Made by a program: the position numbers and the translations under genes. A DNA stretch of 64,000 nucleotides from assembly GCA_963844055.1 (NCBI GenBank), contig CAWJMN010000002.1, positions 2,181,586-2,245,585 of the forward strand. The letters run 5' to 3'. The first letter of the stretch is position 1, and each line of letters begins with the position of its first letter. The DNA is from an uncultured Planctomycetaceae bacterium (GTDB lineage Bacteria > Planctomycetota > Planctomycetia > Pirellulales > Pirellulaceae). Below are positions 39,273 to 48,200 of this stretch, piece by piece. A model generated the notes under the pieces. It was not told the origin of the DNA. It worked only from the letters and a program-made list of their open reading frames with translations, and did not search any database.

Positions 39273-41921
39273 ATGAATGGTCGCTATCTACTTCAATTGG
39301 TGAGTGGCTGTCTGGTGGCATTGGGTGCGACGGTTTCGCTTTCTGCACAAGAGGCCAAGTGGCCGAGTGCCAAGGCGGTTCCGGCGCAGCCACTTCTTTC
39401 GCAGGTGTTGCGGCTTTCGCAAGCGATGGAAGCACTAGGCCAACCTTTGCCAGAGTCTGTGACCAAAGCATTGGCTGCGCTTTCCGAAGATTCGGGCGAT
39501 GCCAAGGTAACTCAGATTGTGCAGGAGCAGCTCGACCCACTATGCATGACGGCTGTCGATATTGGTGACGATGGAGTGGCCAGCGTTGTTCCGGCGGCGA
39601 AGTCGATCCCGCTGCTAGAGCAAGGTTGGCAGCTAATGCTGGTGAAGGTGAATAATCGAGTAGGAGCGAAGGCGGTATTGCGGGCCGATAGTCCCAATGC
39701 GCGTCCCTTGCCAAATTCTCCTGCGGATGAAGTGGAGAATCGCTGGATGGGACTGTTGCCCTATACGGGGCAGCCACTGCTGCCAACGTTAAGTGGTCTG
39801 GGTTTGGAATACACGCTGCTGCAAGTCTTTTCGCGTGATACGGGAGCGAAGACCGCCGAGATCCGCTTTAGCTTGGAAGGCTGGAAGAAGGAAGGTCAAG
39901 AGAAAGGAAACCTGATCCGGCAGTGGAAGTTTGACAAAGACACCGATGGCTGGATGGCGCAAAAGAATTGTGAACTGGAGGCGGTGGATGGTTCGCTGAA
40001 GGTGAAGATCACCAGTGAAGATCCCTACTTTGCGACGAATGTCGTTGCCAAGGAAGGAACGTTGGTCTTGCGATTTTGGGCACACTTCAATAAGCCGGGC
40101 GTTGGGCAGATCTTCTGGTGGACCAAAAAGCACAACATGCCCGATGGGTCGCGGCTGGTCAACTTCATGCTGGAACCAGGGCGCGGCGCCGAATATATGA
40201 TTCGGATACCTGTGCAGGAAGAATTGGCAGGGGTGCGGATTGATCCCGGGAATGACCCCGATGTGGTGAAGTTTGACTGGATCTCTTTAAGCTATGAAAA
40301 GAATCCCAACAGCAATGTTGCGGGCGCTAAGTTTGCGTTTGATGTAAGTCCTGCCAATACGGTGACGTTTGACGTGACCGAAGAAGATGGCACGTTGGCG
40401 ATGGCTGCGTTTTTGATCAAGGACAAGGATGGCCGTGTCTATCCGCCGCAGGCCAAGCGTCTGGCGCCGGACTTCTTCTTTCAGCCGCAGGTCTATCGGG
40501 CAACGGGAGAGACCGTAAAGCTGCCCAAGGGTAAATACACGGTGGTTTGCTCGCGTGGGCCGGAATCGATTCCGGAACTACAAGAGTTAGTGGTAGGAGA
40601 TGGCCCTGCCAAGCTGAAGTATGTGGTGAAACGCTGGGCTGATCCGTCGCTGCGTGGTTGGTGGAGTGGTGATCACCATATTCATGCGGCCGGCTGCTTG
40701 CACTATGACAACCCGACCGAAGGTGTGCTCCCTTCGGACATGCTACGGCATATTCAGGGCGAAGATTTGAAGGTTGGCTGCTGCTTGACGTGGGGACCTT
40801 GCTTCGACTATCAGAAGCGGTTCTTTACCGGAAAGCCTGACGATGTTTCGCAGTATCCGTATTTGCTGCGGTACGACATTGAAGTGAGCGGCTTTGGATC
40901 GCAAGCTTCGGGACACCTGAACCTGTTGCGATTGACGGAACAGATTCCGCCGGGGGGGGGATCGAAACACCATTGGCCGACACTAGGCATGAATACGCTC
41001 CGCTGGGCCAAAAAGCAGGGGGCCGTTTGCGGACCTGCTCACTCGGGCAATGGACTAACACGCTGGGTGGGGCGCGTGGACGGAGCCGTTGATGGTCCGC
41101 ACTTGGTGCCGAACTATAACATCCCGGCCTACGATGGGATTGGGGCCAATGAGTTTGTGGTTCAGGCGGCGCTGAAGGTTCCTGGGCCGGACGGCAAGGC
41201 GGTTCCAGCGGTGGACTTCATCAGCACGATGAATACGGATCGGGTTTCCGAATGGTCGATGTGGTATCACGTGCTGAATTGCGGGCTGCGGGTTCGCGCC
41301 AGTGGCGAAACCGACTTTCCTTGCCTGACCGGCGAACGTGTAGGGATTGGCCGCGTCTATGTGAAGCTCGATGGCAAGTTGGACTTTGATACTTGGGCTC
41401 AAGGGATTGCCGATGGTCGCTGCTATGTGAGCGATGGGACGACGCATCTGATGGATTATGTTGCCACCAGTAACGGCAAAAACTATGAGGTGGGGCTCAA
41501 CGGCAGTGAGATCAAGCTGGACAAGGCGGGAAGAGTTTCGCTTTCGGTGCTCGCTTCAGCCCGGCAGCCGGGAAAGAAAACAGTGCCAGTGGATTTGGTG
41601 GTAAATGGTTTGCCCGTGGAAACGAAAGAGTTGATCTGCGATGGTCGCTCGCAGACGCTGTCGTTTGAAACGGAGATTACCAAAAGCAGCTGGGTCGCGA
41701 TTCGCGTGTTCCCTTCGGCCCATACGAACCCCTTCTTTGTGATTGTGGACGACAAGCCGATTCGTGCCAGCAAGATGAGTGCCCAGTGGTGTTTGCAAGG
41801 GATCGATCAGTGCTGGCAGATGAAGCGTGACAGCTATCGCCAGGATGAGTTCAAGCAGGCCGAAGAGGATTATGAAGCGGCCCGCAAGGTCTATCGCCAG
41901 ATCTTGGCGGAAAGCAAGTAA
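39273..41921 (+). CDS. large secreted hypothetical protein with PHP/metallo-phosphoesterase-like His cluster (WWSGDHHIHAAGC)
   Basis: Internal Met MNGRYLLQLVSGCLVALGATVSLSA starts the signal peptide. The ORF is ~880 aa. Confidence 0.45.
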   Translation: MNGRYLLQLVSGCLVALGATVSLSAQEAKWPSAKAVPAQPLLSQVLRLSQAMEALGQPLPESVTKALAALSEDSGDAKVTQIVQEQLDPLCMTAVDIGDDGVASVVPAAKSIPLLEQGWQLMLVKVNNRVGAKAVLRADSPNARPLPNSPADEVENRWMGLLPYTGQPLLPTLSGLGLEYTLLQVFSRDTGAKTAEIRFSLEGWKKEGQEKGNLIRQWKFDKDTDGWMAQKNCELEAVDGSLKVKITSEDPYFATNVVAKEGTLVLRFWAHFNKPGVGQIFWWTKKHNMPDGSRLVNFMLEPGRGAEYMIRIPVQEELAGVRIDPGNDPDVVKFDWISLSYEKNPNSNVAGAKFAFDVSPANTVTFDVTEEDGTLAMAAFLIKDKDGRVYPPQAKRLAPDFFFQPQVYRATGETVKLPKGKYTVVCSRGPESIPELQELVVGDGPAKLKYVVKRWADPSLRGWWSGDHHIHAAGCLHYDNPTEGVLPSDMLRHIQGEDLKVGCCLTWGPCFDYQKRFFTGKPDDVSQYPYLLRYDIEVSGFGSQASGHLNLLRLTEQIPPGGGSKHHWPTLGMNTLRWAKKQGAVCGPAHSGNGLTRWVGRVDGAVDGPHLVPNYNIPAYDGIGANEFVVQAALKVPGPDGKAVPAVDFISTMNTDRVSEWSMWYHVLNCGLRVRASGETDFPCLTGERVGIGRVYVKLDGKLDFDTWAQGIADGRCYVSDGTTHLMDYVATSNGKNYEVGLNGSEIKLDKAGRVSLSVLASARQPGKKTVPVDLVVNGLPVETKELICDGRSQTLSFETEITKSSWVAIRVFPSAHTNPFFVIVDDKPIRASKMSAQWCLQGIDQCWQMKRDSYRQDEFKQAEEDYEAARKVYRQILAESK

Positions 41922-42149
41922 CGTCGCTGACCAGCAGCGGTAAACGGCCATGTCCTTTCAATGCGATTGGGGCACACTGGCCAGCCCCGAAACTGGTCAT
42001 TCCCAATAGCCAGGTGTACTCTCGGGGAACTTGCCAGTGCCACCCAATGAAATACCTGACAAATGTGCGTAGACGGTCTTGTCGGTTTTGAGCTGGCGGT
42101 TTGATGCTTTTTATGGCTCCTCTCCGGGTCGTGCTAACCAAGGAATCCC

Positions 42150-43250
42150 GTGATGCATCTTCCGAACGTTGAATATAGTCGTCGCCGATGGCTGCAAGCC
42201 TCTTTGTGTGCGGGGGCGATGCTTCCTGCGTGGTCGTTGCTGGCAGCGGAAGAGCCTTTGCCGCCCCATGCGGATCTGACTTGGTACCCGGGAAAAGATG
42301 GAGCGCCGCAACGGCCACTAAAGACCCAGGGAGATTGGCAAAAGCGTCGCGAGGCAATCTTGGCCAACGTGAAGTTGGTGATGGGGACGTTGCCGGCACC
42401 GAAGGAACCGGTACCGCTGGCGATGGAAGTGCTCGAAACGACGCAGTTGGATTTCGGGACGCGGCAGAAGGTGCGGTACCATACGGACAAGGAGGATGCT
42501 TGGGTGCATGCGCATCTGTTCCGGCCTAAAGGGAAGGGGCAACTGCCTGCCGTGCTGTGTTTGCACCAAACCAACAATGTTGGCAAGGATGAACCAGCAG
42601 GGCTGGGGGGCAAGGAGAGTTTGCACTATGCCTTGGAGTTGGCCAAAGAGGGTTTTGTGACGCTAGCGCCGGACTATCCTTCGTTTGGCGAGTACAAGTA
42701 CGACTTTGCCAGCGACGATCGCTACATCAGCGGCACACTTAAAGCGGTTTACGACAACATGCGTGCGATTGATCTGCTGATCTCGCTGGGGTTCGTCAAC
42801 GCGAAGCAAATCGGCTGCATCGGGCATTCGCTGGGGGGGCACAATACGATCTTTACGATGGTGCATGACCAGCGGATTCAAGCCGGTGTGAGCTGCTGCG
42901 GCTTTACCCGTTTTCATAAGTACTATGCAGGAGATTTGAACGGCTGGACGAGTGCTCGGTATATGCCGCGGATCAAAGAGGTGTATGGGAATAGCCCGGA
43001 CAAGGTTCCGTTTGATTTTCCGGAGTTGTTGGCTTGCCTTGCGCCGCGTGCGTTTCTGACCGTTAGCCCCACGCGCGACAATAACTTTGAAGTCTCGGGC
43101 GTAAAGGATTCCATCGCCAGCGCTCAGCCGATCTTTGACCTGCTAGGGGCGGGGAAGAAGCTGCAGGCCCTGTACCCAGAGGCAGAGCACGACTTTCCCG
43201 AGGAATCGCGCAAGGCTGCTTATGCTTTTTTGAAAGAGCAGCTAGGGTAG
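42150..43250 (+). CDS. Tat-secreted alpha/beta hydrolase (dienelactone hydrolase / acetyl-xylan-esterase-like)
   Basis: SRRRWLQASLCAGAMLPAWSLLAA Tat signal. GHSLGGHN nucleophile elbow. Confidence 0.6.
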   Translation: MMHLPNVEYSRRRWLQASLCAGAMLPAWSLLAAEEPLPPHADLTWYPGKDGAPQRPLKTQGDWQKRREAILANVKLVMGTLPAPKEPVPLAMEVLETTQLDFGTRQKVRYHTDKEDAWVHAHLFRPKGKGQLPAVLCLHQTNNVGKDEPAGLGGKESLHYALELAKEGFVTLAPDYPSFGEYKYDFASDDRYISGTLKAVYDNMRAIDLLISLGFVNAKQIGCIGHSLGGHNTIFTMVHDQRIQAGVSCCGFTRFHKYYAGDLNGWTSARYMPRIKEVYGNSPDKVPFDFPELLACLAPRAFLTVSPTRDNNFEVSGVKDSIASAQPIFDLLGAGKKLQALYPEAEHDFPEESRKAAYAFLKEQLG

Positions 43251-43418
43251 TGGCGGACGCAGCCGAACTATAAGGCCGAATCGGGCATGACCTCCCATGG
43301 CCTGCGGCCACACCTACCCGCTGCATCCTTTCTAGAGCAATTATTGTGTCGATTGGTTAAATCGCTTGGCGAGCAAAAGGGCAACCAGTTCGGACGCAAC
43401 GGAAGCAGTACGGCAAGT

Positions 43419-43832
43419 ATGGCTCGAATTAAGCACTATGAACTCGGTATTTCGGAACTTCAAAAGCATCCGGTATGGACATGGTTCTATGGTGATTTGG
43501 AGGAGCCAGAGAACATGGTTGTCCCTGTTGAAATGACGGAGGAGGGGTTAGCAGAAGCAGATGTCCTCATGATCTACTCTCAATTTAAGACCGCTGCCGG
43601 CAATGAACACGATGGCTATGTAGTATTTGATCCAGACTTAGGGGAAGTTTTTGCAATTAACATATTCGTTCCTGGGTGCAGGATTCCTTTCAACATTCGA
43701 TTAGCAGATCTGGCCCCAGAGCAGCTCCAACAATACGCAAAGGCGACGGGCTATTCCGCGAGTGATGTACTGCCAATCAAATATCGAACGAGGGCTTCGC
43801 TGTTAGATGTTGTCGGAGAATTTGGCTACTGA
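43419..43832 (+). CDS. hypothetical small protein (cassette-like ORF 1)
   Basis: MARIKHYELG... ~137 aa. It lies within the AT-richer islet and is preceded by a partial copy of the islet repeat. Confidence 0.4.
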   Translation: MARIKHYELGISELQKHPVWTWFYGDLEEPENMVVPVEMTEEGLAEADVLMIYSQFKTAAGNEHDGYVVFDPDLGEVFAINIFVPGCRIPFNIRLADLAPEQLQQYAKATGYSASDVLPIKYRTRASLLDVVGEFGY

Positions 43833-43887
43833 ATTAAACGGATAGTAGCCATGCCCCAAGTAATGGCTTGTGACACATATAGCCCTT

Positions 43888-43965
43888 ATAGTAGCATACC
43901 CAAGTGGCAAGGCTGCCTCTTGTAAACCCCGTTTGGCGAGCAAAGGGGGCCACCCGCGTCTTTCG
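43888..43965 (+). repeat. islet repeat element copy B (AAGTGGCA.GG.TGCC...GTAAA....TTGGCGAGCAAAGGGGGCCACCCG)
   Basis: It shares a ~70-nt core with 45611..45697, 46733..46812 and 46984..47060, and contains 2-3 hairpins. Confidence 0.6.
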
Positions 43966-43989
43966 ATCTCGTTGTTGGTAATAACGTGT

Positions 43990-44394
43990 ATGCAAACTAT
44001 TAAGTTTCGTGACAGGTGTGTAATTTTATTCTTAGCGTATTATGCTGGGGCTGCTATAGGCTCTTTAGCTGGCAGCCTTTTTAGTCCATTTTGGCAAAAC
44101 CCTTCGTTTTTTGAACGAGTATTTATTTTCTTTGGTATTCCAGTTATTAACCTGGCTACACTCTTAATTGCTCCGCTTGTAGTAATTGGAACTTTTAGAT
44201 TGCAAAATGAAAATGAGCGAATGTTTAGTATGGCTGTTATTCCTGCTGACCTGGCTGTAATTGCTTTATCAATATTTCTTTTGAAGTCAAAACAATTGAG
44301 TGCAATACACGTTTTGTTAGTTGTGTTTGCCTCTCTCGTTTTTAATCTGTGTTATGTAGCTTCAAATGTCATTGTTTTAGGCAATAGACTTTAG
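43990..44394 (+). CDS. hypothetical small polytopic membrane protein (cassette-like ORF 2)
   Basis: MQTIKFRDRCVILFLAYYAGAAIGSLAGSLF... about four hydrophobic segments. The DNA is very AT-rich relative to the rest of the window. Confidence 0.45.
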   Translation: MQTIKFRDRCVILFLAYYAGAAIGSLAGSLFSPFWQNPSFFERVFIFFGIPVINLATLLIAPLVVIGTFRLQNENERMFSMAVIPADLAVIALSIFLLKSKQLSAIHVLLVVFASLVFNLCYVASNVIVLGNRL

Positions 44395-44405
44395 TGCGAT
44401 ATTGC

Positions 44406-44437
44406 GCCGGGTGCCACTGCTGGCTTGTCCAGCAGTG
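44406..44437. repeat. 32-bp inverted repeat, left arm
   Basis: GCCGGGTGCCACTGCTGGCTTGTCCAGCAGTG. Its reverse complement recurs at 44622..44653 with one mismatch. Each arm is itself a 9-bp-stem hairpin. Confidence 0.6.
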
Positions 44438-44621
44438 TGGATGTTGCGAACGGGTGGAATAGAAGTGAATAACCAAAGCTCGATGACGAGGAGATGGTGC
44501 ATTAGGAATTGACGTTCTCTCGCTACTACCGGACGCCCTTGTTGACCTAGGATGTTTGGCAAGAACTGCTTGCCGAGAGCTTCGACGTTCCGTTACTCAG
44601 AGAAAGGCACCGGCGATTACC

Positions 44622-44653
44622 GCACTGCTGGACGAGCCAGCAGTGGCACCCGG
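44622..44653. repeat. 32-bp inverted repeat, right arm
   Basis: CACTGCTGGACGAGCCAGCAGTGGCACCCGGC. Confidence 0.6.
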
Positions 44654-44699
44654 CATCGATCATCAACAACAGTCGATTCATAAATGGAGTTCCGTTGCC

Positions 44700-45101
44700 A
44701 TGAGGAATCGCAATGCCTATGGACAGCTGCAACGTTACGTTGGCGTAGTTATTCAGAATCTTCGTGTAGAGTATTGGTCGGACCCTCCAAATGCTTTGGA
44801 CCATTTAATTTGTGTTGCAATCGAGTTCGCCAACGGAGACAGCTTGATCCTATCCTGTGCTGGTGACGGTGGAATCTCTGTTCGTAAGGGCAAGCTCGAA
44901 GGTGCTACAGGGAATCGGCAACTACGAACGATTCACCAAACGCTGGGGCAAGTTATCCGCTTTATCGAGTGTGATTGCGACAGCGTCACCTTGTTTATGA
45001 CAGAACATCAGGTCAGGCTCTCTAATCACGACGACGAATTGGAGATGACAGTGAACGGCCGTAAGGTGAGCGACTCGCTTGATGATTCGGCTATGGACTG
45101 A
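44700..45101 (+). CDS. hypothetical small protein (cassette-like ORF 3)
   Basis: The track ORF 44556..45101 overlaps the right IR arm. Met 44700 (MRNRNAYGQLQ...) is the first start downstream of it. Confidence 0.35.
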   Translation: MRNRNAYGQLQRYVGVVIQNLRVEYWSDPPNALDHLICVAIEFANGDSLILSCAGDGGISVRKGKLEGATGNRQLRTIHQTLGQVIRFIECDCDSVTLFMTEHQVRLSNHDDELEMTVNGRKVSDSLDDSAMD

Positions 45102-45167
45102 TCGTAGCTGTGGCACTCGGCGAGATTCCGTTTGAAACTGGCAAGCATTACCGAGAGATGTCACACC

Positions 45168-45527
45168 ATGAGCAAAAACACCGATCTTATCGAACAATAC
45201 TATGCAGTTCGCAAGGGAGATTTTGGTTACCTCGAACGTATTGAGCTAGTTCAGGACGTTGATCCAGTGAAGTGTAATGGCTTTCAACTGACGATCGTCC
45301 TTAGGTCTGGAACGGATTCGTCGTCGCCTGCCCTTCGATTGGAATTTAAGGGAGCGCGCGATATTCGCATTGGGGATTTAGGGGGCCTCGTTTGTTACAT
45401 GCTAGAGATTCGGTGCATCGAGGAGAGGCAATTGGAAGGCCTTCGATTTGAGGTAACAGAATCTGAATATGACGCTTTTTCGTTCGTATGCGAAGCATTT
45501 GCGTTTGTGAGTGAGACGGGGGAATAG
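45168..45527 (+). CDS. hypothetical small acidic protein (cassette-like ORF 4)
   Basis: MSKNTDLIEQYYAVRKGDFGYLERIEL... ~119 aa. The track ORF begins at a TTG, and the first ATG is at 45168. Confidence 0.4.
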   Translation: MSKNTDLIEQYYAVRKGDFGYLERIELVQDVDPVKCNGFQLTIVLRSGTDSSSPALRLEFKGARDIRIGDLGGLVCYMLEIRCIEERQLEGLRFEVTESEYDAFSFVCEAFAFVSETGE

Positions 45528-45610
45528 CCATTATGCAAGGCTCAGCAGTCACATTGCCGACCGCATGGATTGACTGCTGGTAAATGTAGTAGGTTGCAAT
45601 GACAATGGCG

Positions 45611-45697
45611 TAGGATAGTCAAGTGGCAGGGCTGCCTCTTGTAAATCCCGCTTGGCGAGCAAGCGGGGCCATCCGAGATGGCCCGTAGTAGTAAATG
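45611..45697 (+). repeat. islet repeat element copy C
   Basis: CAAGTGGCAGGGCTGCCTCTTGTAAATCCCGCTTGGCGAGCAAGCGGGGCCATCCGAGATGGCC has three consecutive perfect hairpins (GGCAG/CTGCC, CCCGCTTG/CAAGCGGG, GGCCATC/GATGGCC). Confidence 0.6.
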
Positions 45698-45708
45698 AAG
45701 ATGTTTGA

Positions 45709-46557
45709 ATGCCGATGAAACCCAAGACGTTTTACCAAGTTTGGCTACTACTGCCTTTGATGATTTGTGTGGTACTTTTGGCAGGCTACTTTCGAATCGT
45801 TCGCGCGGCAGCCAGGTCTCAGATTGCACTTTTCAAGATTGCTTCACGCCATGATCCGCTGTTTGAGTATGATGTGGAAAAACCGTCAACGTTTTCGTTT
45901 GCGCAAACACTTGGCCTTGCTGCTCCAAAGTATGGCACTAAGTTGATGCTTAGCTCGTCTGACGTTTCAGATGTAGAGCTGCGCATGCTTTGCGATCTTA
46001 AAAATATAACAAAGCTGCACCTTGAAGAGACAGCAATATCCGATAGTGGTCTTGAAAGGATAGCTTTGCTGCAGGATTTAAAGTCGCTTCGGATTAAGTC
46101 GACACGGGTAGGGGATGTGGCTGCAAATCATATTTCTCATCTGAAACAACTTGAGTCATTAAACCTAAAGAACACTCTTATAACTGATGAAGGTGTTCAG
46201 CTCATTGCTTCGATGCCCAAGCTAAAAGATCTTACGATTGGCAGCCCTTCGCTGACTGACAAAAGCTTGATGAGTATTGGCAGTATGTATTCACTTAAGG
46301 ATCTAGCGATCAGCTCTCCTCGGGTGTCCGACGAAGGGTTGAAGCATCTCGACAAGCTGACAAACCTTGAGTGGCTAGATTTGACTAATACGTCAGTGTC
46401 TGATAGTGGATTAGTTCATTTGGAGACGTTGCCTCGCCTTGCGAGCCTATTTGTAGAGGGCAGCAACGTTACGATGGAAGGAGCTGCATTCCTGAAAGAA
46501 AGAATGAGTTCTTTGAAGTATGTGGACATTCTTCCGCGTCCTGCGGCCTCAAGATAA
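45709..46557 (+). CDS. membrane-anchored leucine-rich-repeat protein (cassette-like ORF 5)
   Basis: N-terminal TM (VWLLLPLMICVVLLAGYF) followed by ~8 LRR units (LxxLxLxxTxIxDxGL). Confidence 0.55.
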   Translation: MPMKPKTFYQVWLLLPLMICVVLLAGYFRIVRAAARSQIALFKIASRHDPLFEYDVEKPSTFSFAQTLGLAAPKYGTKLMLSSSDVSDVELRMLCDLKNITKLHLEETAISDSGLERIALLQDLKSLRIKSTRVGDVAANHISHLKQLESLNLKNTLITDEGVQLIASMPKLKDLTIGSPSLTDKSLMSIGSMYSLKDLAISSPRVSDEGLKHLDKLTNLEWLDLTNTSVSDSGLVHLETLPRLASLFVEGSNVTMEGAAFLKERMSSLKYVDILPRPAASR

Positions 46558-46625
46558 TCGCGTGCATTCTATTGCGAAAAGGAAGCATGGCTCACGGTGG
46601 TCAGTCTGGATACCTGTGTTCCAGA

Positions 46626-47114
46626 GATTGTCTCTTGCGACCACTAGGAAGAGACTTCGATGGGTTCCAGCTTGGAACAACCGCGCCCTAACAAGAGGGA
46701 AAACGCATAGGACGCGGCAAGAGGGCGCGTCGACGAAGTGGCATGGATTGCCCGCGGGTAAATGTCGAAGCTTGGCGAGCAAACAGGGCCGCCCGCGAGG
46801 TAGTAGCGGGGCGTGACCTCCAATGGCCTGCGGCCACACCGGATCAAGATCCGGTGCTACCCACTGGTTCTAGACATTGTCTCTTGCGATCGCTGGGGAG
46901 AGACTTCGATGGGTTCCAGGTTGGAACAACCGCGCCCTAACAAGAGGGAAAACGCATGGGACGCGGCAAGATGCCGCGTCGACGAAGTGGCATGGATTGC
47001 CTGCGGGTAAATGTCGAAGCTTGGCGAGCAAACGGGCCACCCGTGAGGTGGTAGCGGGGCATGACCTCCAGTGGCCTGCGGCCACACCGGATCAAGATCC
47101 GGTGCTACCCAATG
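46626..47114 (+). repeat. tandem duplication of a ~245-bp hairpin-rich unit (copy 1 ~46626-46872, copy 2 ~46873-47114)
   Basis: The two units are near-identical. Each contains GTCTCTT..AAGAGAC and GTTCCA..TGGAAC hairpins, the islet core motif (46733-46812; 46984-47060) and the CACCGGATCAAGATCCGGTG hairpin repeat. Confidence 0.7.
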
Positions 47115-47156
47115 AAGGGCATGTAGCCCAAAGAAGTGGAAACGGGCGGCGGGGTG

Positions 47157-47967
47157 CTACTCGGCAGATTCTTTCAGCAAGATGCCGATGCGAGCGGGGG
47201 GATAGTCGCGGATGTCCCAGTTGTCGTTGTCGTGTGTCAGGTCGGGCCACAGCTCGATCGGATTCACGCGAGTATCGCATTCGATCACTAGCACGCTTCG
47301 ATCTGGGGCGGCATTCCAGAGTCCCCGCACGAGGGCATCCATGTCTTCCGCGCGAGAGATAAAACTCGTACGGCGGCGAGCAGAAGATCAACCAAGGAAG
47401 GCCGTTTTGCAGGAAGCGAATGTTCGATGCTTGGCCAGGGATCACCTTGCGTGGTGCGGGAGCGACCCCTTCGCCAGCCACTTCTGGATGGAGCTTCTCC
47501 ATGGCGCGGCGGACCCACAAGAACGTGTCGGCAAAGCAGACTTCGCAGGCTTCCTTCTCGTGAAGGGACTCGACGTTCTTGGAGATGGTGATCGAGGTGG
47601 GGAGGTGCTTTTCTAGAAGGATCGCCTGGGAGCAGCCCCGGCTGATTGCTTCAAGCCCCAAAGCTCCGGTCCCTGCAAAGAGGTCAATCGCCACGCGCCC
47701 TTCGCAAAAGGTGCTGACGAGGTTGAACAGCGACTCGCGAACGCGGTCCTTCATGGGGCGTGTGCGAACGTCACCACTGTAGACGAGGGTTCGGCCGCGA
47801 TGCTTGCCACCAATAATGCGAACGGTGCCGGGGCCTTCTTGGGCCTCTGGGGCTGGCCGTCCGGCACGCTCGGGGGACTCGGCCCCTTCGGCGGCCTCGC
47901 GGCCTTCGGGCGCATCGTGGTCACGGCGTTTGGAGCGGGGAGGACGAGAATCGCGTTTGGCGGGCAT
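47157..47967 (-). CDS. rsmD: 16S rRNA (guanine966-N2)-methyltransferase RsmD; apparent frameshift near 47340-47360
   Basis: VRIIGGKHRGRTLVYSGDVRTRPMKDRVRESLFN, DLFAGTGALGLEAISRG and IFCSPPYEF are in ORF 47092..48096. The C-terminus (MDALVRGLWN...VLVIECD...) is in ORF 47157..47342. The start is approximated at MPAKRD. Confidence 0.7.
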
Positions 47968-48200
47968 GTCGCAAGGCTTGCAAAAAGGGACGAGCAGAAA
48001 GGGGAAGGCCCCCCTCTGAAAAAAACCGGGCGAAATGCCTGACAATGGCGACGAACCATGCAGCAGCTTGGTTCGTACAAACAAGGTCGTGGGCACTACT
48101 TCGGGGTGGTGTCCAGGAGGTTGCCACGTGGCTTAATTCCCGGCTGAATGTATGGTAACCTACCGGTCTACAAGATTCGATTCGTAGGGAGTAAAGTTCC

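Noticed and set aside
43287-43418. N-terminal extension of cassette ORF 1 (track start 43287)
   Set aside because: The extension is translated from the dispersed hairpin repeat and the islet repeat (partial copy A). The first Met after the repeats (43419) is a more plausible start.
45603-45697. Islet element as a canonical integron attC site
   Set aside because: I could not locate convincing R''(RYYYAAC)/R'(GTTRRRY) core pairs or the usual extrahelical-base geometry by eye, so I report only 'attC-like/cassette-like' as a hypothesis to be tested with a covariance model.
46626-47114. Possible CRISPR array because of exact tandem repeats
   Set aside because: There are only two copies of a ~245-bp unit. 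That is far longer than CRISPR repeats (24-48 bp), there is no short-repeat/unique-spacer alternation, and there are no cas genes.
46520-47362. Several 60-160-aa ORFs across the tandem repeats (46520..46816, 46549..46839, 46877..47362, 46857..47087 and others)
   Set aside because: They overlap one another in multiple frames and on both strands and are duplicated because the DNA is duplicated. They are noncoding repeat sequence.
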